Positions 31,620-39,024 of a stretch of DNA of 64,000 bases are shown here, in pieces (the stretch's first letter is position 1; each line of letters starts with the position of its first letter). The stretch is from NCBI GenBank assembly GCA_946999645.1, contig CAMQDS010000006.1, positions 21,883-85,882 on the forward strand. Reading direction: 5' to 3'. This DNA is from an uncultured Bacteroidales bacterium (GTDB lineage Bacteria > Bacteroidota > Bacteroidia > Bacteroidales > UBA932). The notes under the pieces were generated by a model. That model searched no databases and had not been told where the DNA came from. It saw nothing but the letters and a program-made list of their open reading frames with translations. Both the position numbers and the translations under genes were made by a program.

Positions 31620-32870
31620 ATGATTTGTGGAAAGGCAGAATGTGGGCTGCTATATGCAGTTAAAAGGAGTGGTTCTTCTGTCGGATATTGTTCTTTAAGC
31701 ATTAGGTGCGGAACAAGAAATGAAAATGGCTATAATAATGGAATAGCTCATTTTACGGAGCATACCATATTTAAAGGAACTTTAAGGAAAAGTTCTTCTG
31801 TTATAAATAGTTATCTTGATAAATTGGGCGGAGAACTAAATGCCTACACAACAAAAGAAGAAATTGTGCTGCATGCGACTGTTCTTAAAGAAGATCTGAA
31901 TAAGGCTGGAAATCTTTTATTTGAATTGGCAACAGAATCAACATTTCCTGAAAAGGAAATAGAAATCGAACGTGGGGTGGTTTTAGAGGAAATTAGATCT
32001 TATAAGGATAGTCCTGCCGATGATGTTTATGACAGGTTTGAACAATTACTTTTTGCTGGACATCCGCTTGCCAATTTGATACTTGGTTCGGAAGAGTCTG
32101 TTAAAAATATATCTTCTGATGAATTAAGGAGATTTGTTAAGGAAAAATTTGTCCCCTGGTCAATGGCTTTTTCTATTGTAGCAGATATTGATGAAAAGGA
32201 AATGGAAAGGCGTGTGCTGAAATTGGCAGATGCTTTTTTCCCTGAAAAATTTACAGGACAAATGATTGCTGGTAATTGTTCTGGCACCTTTTTAAATGAA
32301 AAGAAACCCATAAAAAACAACTTCAATCTTATAGAATATAAAAATAATTACGAAGTGAATGCAGTTATTGGAAGTTTTGCTCCTTCACTTTACGAAACGC
32401 AGCCTAGGTTGGCAACTGTTTTGTTTAGTAATATACTTGCTGGACCTGCATCAAATTCAATTCTTAATTCTATATTGAGAGAAAGAAACGGTTGGGTATA
32501 TTCTGTAGAGAGTTCATATACTCAATATGCTGATACAGGGATACTTGCAATCTGTCTTGGGTGTGACAAGGCAAATATTGAAAAATGTAAGGCTTCGATA
32601 CATAAGGAAATTGAAAAATTACAGACAATACCTCTTTCTGTAAGTCGTCTTAATGCTGCAAAGAAACAACTTTTGGGACAACTTGCAATTTCATCTGATA
32701 ATGGTGAGGCTCAGTGCTTAGGGATGGGAAAAAGTCTTTTGTCATATGGAAAAGTGGATTCTGACGACTTAGTGAAATCTCAGATTTTGTCTGTTTCGTC
32801 AGAGGATATTAGGAGAGCAGCTTGCAGCATTTTTAATCCTGAATATCTGTCAACACTTGTATATATGTAA
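31620..32870 (+). CDS. M16-family (pitrilysin/insulinase-like) zinc peptidase
   Basis: Inverted zinc motif HFTEH (HxxEH) followed by the downstream E. 416 aa. No signal peptide. Confidence 0.8.
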   Translation: MICGKAECGLLYAVKRSGSSVGYCSLSIRCGTRNENGYNNGIAHFTEHTIFKGTLRKSSSVINSYLDKLGGELNAYTTKEEIVLHATVLKEDLNKAGNLLFELATESTFPEKEIEIERGVVLEEIRSYKDSPADDVYDRFEQLLFAGHPLANLILGSEESVKNISSDELRRFVKEKFVPWSMAFSIVADIDEKEMERRVLKLADAFFPEKFTGQMIAGNCSGTFLNEKKPIKNNFNLIEYKNNYEVNAVIGSFAPSLYETQPRLATVLFSNILAGPASNSILNSILRERNGWVYSVESSYTQYADTGILAICLGCDKANIEKCKASIHKEIEKLQTIPLSVSRLNAAKKQLLGQLAISSDNGEAQCLGMGKSLLSYGKVDSDDLVKSQILSVSSEDIRRAACSIFNPEYLSTLVYM

Positions 32871-33514
32871 TGGAAACAGCAGAAAACAGATATATAAACG
32901 CACATAGTACTCCACAGACAGACATTCTTGCCTGGCTGGAGCGTCAAACTCATATTCGTACAAACTATCCGAGGATGTTATCGGGGCAGGTGCAAGGTAA
33001 ACTACTTACGATGATAGTGCAAATGCTCAATGCAGAAAGAGTGTTGGAAATAGGTACTTTTACGGGTTACTCTGCTATCTGTCTGGCTTCTGGCCTTGGT
33101 GAGAATGGTATACTTGATACTCTCGAACTCAATGATGAACTTGAAGATCTTATCAGAGAGGGCTTTATGAAATCAGGGTTGGAAAATAAAATAAGGCTTC
33201 ATATAGGGGATGCCCTTCAAACTCTGCAAGAGCTGAAAAATGTTCAATACGATCTTGTATATATTGATGCAAATAAACGGGAATATCCAGTTTATTATGA
33301 TATGGTAATAAACTTATTACGTCCTGGTGGAGTCATTCTTGCAGATGATGTGCTTTTAGGTGGCAAAGTATACGAAGAAAACGTTCCGCAAGATAAGCAA
33401 ACCCAAGGTCTTGTGCAATTCAATGAAAAGGTGCTGGCAGATTCGAGGGTGGAAGTGGTTATTCTCCCTATAAGGGACGGGATAAGCATAATACGAAAGA
33501 AAAACAGGGTATAG
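32870..33514 (+). CDS. Class I SAM-dependent O-methyltransferase (caffeoyl-CoA OMT/YrrM-like)
   Basis: SAM motif LEIGTFTGYSAICLA and D-x-D acidic residues. 214 aa. Its start codon overlaps the peptidase stop (ATG shares the last A of TAA). Confidence 0.75.
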   Translation: METAENRYINAHSTPQTDILAWLERQTHIRTNYPRMLSGQVQGKLLTMIVQMLNAERVLEIGTFTGYSAICLASGLGENGILDTLELNDELEDLIREGFMKSGLENKIRLHIGDALQTLQELKNVQYDLVYIDANKREYPVYYDMVINLLRPGGVILADDVLLGGKVYEENVPQDKQTQGLVQFNEKVLADSRVEVVILPIRDGISIIRKKNRV

Positions 33515-33525
33515 ATTACGCAAAA

Positions 33526-34677
33526 TCAGCCATTTACGTAATCTTTTACATCCTGTTCACTTATTGGATTTCCTCCGAGTATTAGCAATCGTTCTACAAC
33601 ATTTCTCAATTCTCTGATATTACCTGTCCACGTTTTTTGTTGTAATAATTCTATTGCTTCTTTTGAAAAGACTTTAGCCTGCATTCCAGACTCTGCACAA
33701 ATCTGATTTACAAAATAGTCTATGAGTATAGGAATATCATCTTTTCTATCATCAAGAGATGGCACCTGTATAACTATAACGCTTATACGATGATAAAGGT
33801 CTTCACGGAAAGTGCCTTTTGCTATCTCCGCTTTAAGATCTTTATTTGTCGCAGCAATAACCCTTACATCTACCTCTATATCCTTGTCGCTTCCTACTCT
33901 GGATAACTTCTTTTCTTGTAATACTCTCAATACCTTGGCTTGTGCAGCAAGGCTCATATCTCCAATCTCATCCAAAAAAAGCGTACCGCCATCGGCCTGT
34001 TCAAATTTTCCTTTGTGTTGTTTTATAGCAGAGGTGAATGCTCCCTTTTCATGTCCGAACAATTCACTCTCAATAAGTTCCGAAGGAATAGCAGCACAGT
34101 TAACCTCTATATATGGCATAGGACTCCTGTTGCTTTGCTTGTGAAGGCTTCTTGCAACTAACTCTTTTCCTGAGCCATTCGGCCCAGTAATAAGTACTCT
34201 TGCATCGGTAGGCGCTACCTTATTGATTATATCCCTTACATGTTCTATGGCTACAGACTCTCCGATCATCTGCTTTCCATATACTTTTTTCTTAAGTATT
34301 TGGTTGTCCTTGACGAGGTTTACCTTTTCTGCAGCATTTTTGATGGTTATCAAAATCCTGTTCAAATCCAGAGGCTTGGATATGAAATCAAAGGCTCCTT
34401 TTTTTATACATTCTACTGCAATATCAATATCTCCATGTCCAGAAATCATTACAACAGCAGAATCTACACCAGCAGAAATTAAGGTCTCAAGTACTTGTGT
34501 ACCTTCCATTTTTGGCATTTTTATATCACAAAAAATGACATCATACCTTTCTTTTTCCGCCATTTCGCAGGCAACAGTTCCATCTTCTGCTACATCAACA
34601 TCATATCCCTCATCCATAAGAATTTCTTTCAATGAGTTACGTATTGCCCTTTCGTCATCGGCTACAAGAATTTTCAT
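33526..34677 (-). CDS. Sigma-54-dependent response regulator lacking a C-terminal DNA-binding domain
   Basis: REC domain (ILVADDE...D at the phospho-acceptor position). AAA+ sigma-54 activation domain with Walker A GPNGSGKE, GAFTSA motif and arginine finger region. The protein ends about 15 aa after the AAA+ domain, with no HTH_8. Confidence 0.8.
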   Translation of the reverse strand: MKILVADDERAIRNSLKEILMDEGYDVDVAEDGTVACEMAEKERYDVIFCDIKMPKMEGTQVLETLISAGVDSAVVMISGHGDIDIAVECIKKGAFDFISKPLDLNRILITIKNAAEKVNLVKDNQILKKKVYGKQMIGESVAIEHVRDIINKVAPTDARVLITGPNGSGKELVARSLHKQSNRSPMPYIEVNCAAIPSELIESELFGHEKGAFTSAIKQHKGKFEQADGGTLFLDEIGDMSLAAQAKVLRVLQEKKLSRVGSDKDIEVDVRVIAATNKDLKAEIAKGTFREDLYHRISVIVIQVPSLDDRKDDIPILIDYFVNQICAESGMQAKVFSKEAIELLQQKTWTGNIRELRNVVERLLILGGNPISEQDVKDYVNG

Positions 34678-34815
34678 AATATTTTCCTCTCAATGTATTT
34701 GAACCTGTTTGCTTTGTAGTAAAAATGCAAACCCATTAATGCAAATATCGGTTAAAATTCTCTACTTTATACAATTTTTCCTATTTTTGTCCTCCGGTCA
34801 TAAGGTCGGATCCTA

Positions 34816-35526
34816 ATGTATGTTAATATGAGAGTTCCGGACATAATAATTGCCGTGGATGGCTATTCTTCAACAGGCAAAAGTACATTTGCCAAGCTCG
34901 TGGCAGAAAAGTTTTCTTTCCTTTATTTGGATTCCGGTGCATTGTATAGGGCTGTCACCTTATATTCAATGGAAAATGGATTAATAGGTGTAGATGGAGT
35001 TATAGACAATACTGGGCTTCAAAAATCAATAGAAGACTTAGATATAAGATTTGTCAATAAAGACGGTATTAATCTTACTTATATAGGTGAAAGGTGTGTG
35101 GAAAAGGAGATAAGAAGTTTGTCAGTATCAAATTTGGTAAGTCCTATTTCAGCAGTTCCGTTTGTAAGAACTTTTGTTGATAATAAGTTGCACGCTCTTT
35201 CTTCGGCTGGTCGAGTAGTAATGGATGGACGTGATATAGGTACTACTGTATTTCCTAAGGCACAATTGAAGATTTTTATGACAGCAAGGCCTGAAGTTAG
35301 GGCGAAACGGCGCTATGATGAGATGGTTGCCAAGGGTGAAACCGTAAAATTTGAAGATGTGTTGGAAAATCTTAATAACAGAGATAAGATAGATTCTTCA
35401 AGAAAGACATCTCCTCTGTCACGTCCTTCAGATGCCTTTGTCTTAGATAATTCCGATATGACATTGAAAGAAGAATTAACTTGGATGCAAGGAGTTATTC
35501 AAGGAAAATTTGGTATTTTGGAATAA
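34816..35526 (+). CDS. cmk: Cytidylate kinase
   Basis: IIAVDGYSSTGKSTFAK P-loop typical of Cmk. 236 aa. The start may be the internal Met MRVPD at about 34831. Confidence 0.8.
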   Translation: MYVNMRVPDIIIAVDGYSSTGKSTFAKLVAEKFSFLYLDSGALYRAVTLYSMENGLIGVDGVIDNTGLQKSIEDLDIRFVNKDGINLTYIGERCVEKEIRSLSVSNLVSPISAVPFVRTFVDNKLHALSSAGRVVMDGRDIGTTVFPKAQLKIFMTARPEVRAKRRYDEMVAKGETVKFEDVLENLNNRDKIDSSRKTSPLSRPSDAFVLDNSDMTLKEELTWMQGVIQGKFGILE

Positions 35527-35529
35527 TCT

Positions 35530-36456
35530 ATGGCTCTAAAAGTAGAAATAGATGGCAATTCCGGTTTCTGTGGGGGCGTAATCAGGGCAATAGGGCGCTC
35601 TGAAAAGTTCTTGAATAAAAACGAAGGGAAAGAGTTATACTCTTTAGGCTCAATTGTTCATAATGAAGCTGAACTTGAAAGATTGGCAAGTAAGGGGCTT
35701 GTCGCAATAGGAAAAGATAGATTGTCTTCTTTGTCAGGTAGCGATGTCCTAATAAGGGCGCATGGAGAGCCTCCACAAACTTATAAACTTGCAGAGAAAT
35801 ATGGTATTAATCTCATTGACTGTACCTGTCCTGTAGTTCTTCATATTCAAAAACAAATAAAACAAGCTTATGCGAGGCTGAAAAGTATGGGCGGAACTGG
35901 GCAGATAGTTATTTTTGGAAAGGTAGGTCATGCTGAGGTGCTGGGGCTTGTAGGTCAGGCAGATGGAGATGCTCTTGTCGTTGAAAATATTAAAATGTTT
36001 CGGGAGCTTCTTTCTGAAAAAAAGATAACTCTATCTGGACCTATAGAAATTTTTTCACAGACAACAAAAAATCCTGATGAATATGATTCAATATGTACAG
36101 AACTGCTAAATGCAATGTCGTTGTATAATCATATGACATGTAAGGAAATACAAGACAGTGGCATATTGATTATACACAACACTATATGTTCTCAAGTGGC
36201 ATCTCGATATGAACAATTATCTGACTTTGCCGCTTCTCACGATGTAATTGTTTTTGTCTCAGGGAAAGAAAGTTCCAACGGGAAAATATTGTATGAACTA
36301 TGTGCAAAAATAAATCCTCGTTCTCATCAAATAGTATCTGAAGAAGAAATAGACAGCTCTTGGTTTCATGATAATGATTTAGTTGGAGTTTGCGGTGCGA
36401 CATCTACCCCAAAATGGCTGCTCGAAGCCGTTGCTGGTAAAATAAGTAAGTGCTAA
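35530..36456 (+). CDS. ispH: 4-hydroxy-3-methylbut-2-enyl diphosphate reductase
   Basis: GFCGGV, GSIVHN and conserved Cys residues of the LytB fold. 308 aa. Confidence 0.8.
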   Translation: MALKVEIDGNSGFCGGVIRAIGRSEKFLNKNEGKELYSLGSIVHNEAELERLASKGLVAIGKDRLSSLSGSDVLIRAHGEPPQTYKLAEKYGINLIDCTCPVVLHIQKQIKQAYARLKSMGGTGQIVIFGKVGHAEVLGLVGQADGDALVVENIKMFRELLSEKKITLSGPIEIFSQTTKNPDEYDSICTELLNAMSLYNHMTCKEIQDSGILIIHNTICSQVASRYEQLSDFAASHDVIVFVSGKESSNGKILYELCAKINPRSHQIVSEEEIDSSWFHDNDLVGVCGATSTPKWLLEAVAGKISKC

Positions 36457-36471
36457 ATTAAGTCTAAAAAC

Positions 36472-36511
36472 ATAAAATTTTGCGTTTTTCTTACTGATCA
36501 ATATCTTTGCA
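36472..36511 (+). promoter_or_regulatory. Bacteroides-type promoter, copy 1 of a 40-bp direct repeat
   Basis: Sequence ATAAAATTTTGCGTTTTTCTTACTGATCAATATCTTTGCA. It contains a -33-like TTTG and the -7 element TAtcTTTG with 19-nt spacing. Copy 2 lies at 37257-37296 with 2 mismatches. Confidence 0.6.
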
Positions 36512-36533
36512 AAGTAATTTAAATTTAATCCAT

Positions 36534-36614
36534 ATGAAAAAGATTCAATTCTACTTAAACTATGGTCATACTTGTGGAGATGTGGATCTTATGATAATTC
36601 CGATGTACAACTAA
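36534..36614 (+). CDS. Possible 26-aa upstream small ORF (MKKIQFYLNYGHTCGDVDLMIIPMYN)
   Basis: ATG 23 nt downstream of the promoter copy 1 -7 element. Ends 13 nt before the lipoprotein start. No further support. Confidence 0.2.
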   Translation: MKKIQFYLNYGHTCGDVDLMIIPMYN

Positions 36615-36627
36615 CTGAAACATAATT

Positions 36628-37257
36628 ATGTTAAATAGAAGATTTTTAACTATTACTATAATTTATATCATTGCTCTTATTTCAATTATATCCTGTGGTA
36701 AGGATAGAGTTGAGCCTCCTATAAAAATTCATAATTATGTTGGAATATATTTATTAACTGACTTAGATTGGTCAGGAGTACCTCTTGATCTGGATGAGGA
36801 TAATGTATTGAATAATAATGTTTTGTATGAATTTATGGGACTGCCTAACTATCAACGGGCATATGCTGAGGTATATGAAAAGGATGGAGAATATATTTTT
36901 ACATTTACCCTTCCTTATCCTATATGGGATTATACTGAGCATTGTAATGATATGAAAAGTTTTATATTTACTAAGACTATTGATATATCAGAGGTAAATT
37001 ACAAACATAAAAAAGGAATAGATATTCAAACAAGCTATAAATGTCCGAAGAATTGGAACTCTGAAGATAAGTTTTTATTGGGGATAAAGGGAATAAGTCT
37101 TTATCTACCGAGAGAGAACAAAAACGAATTTGAAATTATCGTCAGATGTATAATGCCATTGTATAGTGATAGTAAAGATGTTCCGAGGTTGGATCATCTT
37201 TGTTATCACTTCACTAAAATTGAAGAAAAGAAGGCTTCTGAAACCGTCATAAATTGA
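36628..37257 (+). CDS. Hypothetical lipoprotein
   Basis: Signal peptide with lipobox IISCGKD. 209 aa. Flanked by the two promoter-repeat copies. Confidence 0.6.
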   Translation: MLNRRFLTITIIYIIALISIISCGKDRVEPPIKIHNYVGIYLLTDLDWSGVPLDLDEDNVLNNNVLYEFMGLPNYQRAYAEVYEKDGEYIFTFTLPYPIWDYTEHCNDMKSFIFTKTIDISEVNYKHKKGIDIQTSYKCPKNWNSEDKFLLGIKGISLYLPRENKNEFEIIVRCIMPLYSDSKDVPRLDHLCYHFTKIEEKKASETVIN

Positions 37258-37296
37258 TAAAATTTTGCGTTTTTCTTACTAATCAGTATCTTTGCA
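37257..37296 (+). promoter_or_regulatory. Bacteroides-type promoter, copy 2 of the 40-bp direct repeat (likely efp promoter)
   Basis: Sequence ATAAAATTTTGCGTTTTTCTTACTAATCAGTATCTTTGCA, carrying the same TTTG / TAtcTTTG elements. Lies 50 nt upstream of efp. Confidence 0.6.
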
Positions 37297-37345
37297 GACC
37301 ATTATAAATTTCAGAATAAATTAAAATTCAAAATATTACCATAGT

Positions 37346-37912
37346 ATGGCAACAACAGCTGATTTTAAAAACGGACTTTATTTAAAATTTAATGAAAAGC
37401 CTTGTATGATAGTTTGGTTCCAGCATGTGAAACCAGGAAAGGGTCCTGCTTTTGTAAAAACCAAACTTCGCAATCTTGAAAATGGCAGAATTCTTGAGAA
37501 TACATTTACCGCAGGAGCCAAAGTTGAAACAATAAGCGTAGAAAGAAGACCATATCAGTTCCTCTACAAGGATGAAGATGGGTTTAACTTTATGCATGAG
37601 GAAACTTATGAGCAGATAAATCTTCCTCACGATGTTGTAGAAAATGCAGATCTTATGAAAGAAGGTCAGCATGTGGAGATGATGTTTGTTACAGAACCAG
37701 AAGAAAGATGTCTTACATGTGAACTTCCAACCTATGTTACATTGGAAGTTACTTATACAGAACCTGCTGTGAAAGGCAATACAGCATCTACGAGTGCCCT
37801 TAAAGAATGCACCTTGGAGACAGGAGCGAAAATAATGGTGCCACTCTTTATCAATCAGGGAGATGTAATAACAGTAAATACAACTGATCGTAGTTACGGA
37901 CAACGCGTATAA
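37346..37912 (+). CDS. efp: Elongation factor P
   Basis: N-terminus ATTADFKNGLYLKFNEKPCMIVWFQHVKPGKGPAFVKTKLRNLENGR is the EF-P KOW/OB signature, including the conserved Lys loop. 188 aa. Confidence 0.9.
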   Translation: MATTADFKNGLYLKFNEKPCMIVWFQHVKPGKGPAFVKTKLRNLENGRILENTFTAGAKVETISVERRPYQFLYKDEDGFNFMHEETYEQINLPHDVVENADLMKEGQHVEMMFVTEPEERCLTCELPTYVTLEVTYTEPAVKGNTASTSALKECTLETGAKIMVPLFINQGDVITVNTTDRSYGQRV

Positions 37913-37945
37913 ATAAATATAACTTTATTGTATATAAAAGGAAAA

Positions 37946-37978
37946 AAGGCAGTCATTATCGCAACGACTGTCTTTTTT
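37946..37978. terminator. Bidirectional rho-independent terminator
   Basis: Inverted repeat aaggcagtc / gactgtct followed by TTTTTT. Lies between efp (+) and the convergent 138-aa gene (-). Confidence 0.55.
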
Positions 37979-38038
37979 GCTATATTATTATTAACTAAAC
38001 TAACCGTATATCAATAATACAAAGTGCGTGCCAAACTT

Positions 38039-38455
38039 TTAATGCTTCATTTTGTCTATCTTAAGTTGCTGAATTTTATAACTTTGCTTTTTGTAGTTTA
38101 TAAAAATTGTAACTTCGAATAATTCTCCTCCTGCACTTAATGAACCAATGGCATACTTCATATTATTGCGTCCAGCAGTGTGAGTTATATCAAATGTTCT
38201 CGGATTATACTCTTTGAAAAAAGATTTTAGTATTTGTTTTGCCTGCCCCTTACTGGAATCACTTGTTCGTGACATTATGGACACTTCAAGATTGTCGGAA
38301 AACCATGCTGAAAGTTTTTCGGCGTCTCCCTTTCGGATGTATTTGGATATTGGGATAAAAACATCATATAAATTGTTATTTGACAGACCATCAAGTCCTA
38401 CAAATAACAAAACAAACGATGTGGCAACTGCAATACGAAACCTCATTGTTTTCAT
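38039..38455 (-). CDS. Hypothetical secreted protein (DUF4783-like by size and composition)
   Basis: Signal peptide MKTMRFRIAVATSFVLLFVG. 138 aa. The 38214..38513 plus-strand ORF overlapping it is treated as a shadow ORF. Confidence 0.5.
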   Translation of the reverse strand: MKTMRFRIAVATSFVLLFVGLDGLSNNNLYDVFIPISKYIRKGDAEKLSAWFSDNLEVSIMSRTSDSSKGQAKQILKSFFKEYNPRTFDITHTAGRNNMKYAIGSLSAGGELFEVTIFINYKKQSYKIQQLKIDKMKH

Positions 38456-38550
38456 ACAAAATACTTGCTTTAATGTTGCAAATACCGAGCCACATTTATA
38501 TATTTGCCCATAATGGGCTTAACTGTAATAGGTCTTTTAAACTGCTCTTT

Positions 38551-39024
38551 ATGAAGATTACTTTATTGACAATGGGTAAAACAGATGTGACCTGGGTTAG
38601 GCAGGGCTTGGAATTGTATGTCACTCGTCTGAAACATTATATTCCATTCAGTATGATAGAATTGCCTGAATTGAAAAATGCAGGTTCTCTGACTAAGGAG
38701 CAAATAAAAGTTAAAGAAGGTCATCTTATTGCCGATATATTGAAGCCTTCAGATGAGGTAATTCTTCTTGATGAGAGGGGAAAAGAGTATTCATCAATGG
38801 AATTTGCACACTATATAGAAAATCGCTTAACATTATCTGGGAAAAATATGGTGTTTGTAATAGGTGGTGCTTATGGCTTTTCGAATGAAATTTATGAAAG
38901 AGCGGATTGTAAGATTTCTCTTTCCAAAATGACCTTTTCTCATCAAATGGTAAGAACTGTTTTTGCAGAGCAACTTTATAGAGCCTTTACTATAATAAAA
39001 GGGGAGCCTTATCATCATGAATGA
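38551..39024 (+). CDS. rlmH: 23S rRNA (pseudouridine1915-N3)-methyltransferase
   Basis: MKITLLTMGKT...ELPELK N-terminus and the SPOUT-fold length (157 aa). The start is taken at the internal Met rather than the 214-aa ORF start at 38380. Confidence 0.8.
   Translation: MKITLLTMGKTDVTWVRQGLELYVTRLKHYIPFSMIELPELKNAGSLTKEQIKVKEGHLIADILKPSDEVILLDERGKEYSSMEFAHYIENRLTLSGKNMVFVIGGAYGFSNEIYERADCKISLSKMTFSHQMVRTVFAEQLYRAFTIIKGEPYHHE

Noticed and set aside
33812-34702. Plus-strand ORFs of 73-159 aa overlapping the sigma-54 regulator
   Set aside because: They are antisense to a gene with clear REC and AAA+ motifs. The products are serine- and isoleucine-rich and implausible.
37382-37903. 173-aa minus-strand ORF
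   Set aside because: It is entirely antisense to efp, whose identity is unambiguous. The product is Cys/Phe-rich nonsense typical of shadow ORFs in AT-rich DNA.
38380-38550. Long 5' extension of the rlmH ORF (214 aa version) and the overlapping 38214..38513 ORF
   Set aside because: The extension overlaps the convergent or divergent secreted-protein gene region and adds residues with no similarity to RlmH. The canonical RlmH N-terminus MKITLL begins at 38551.
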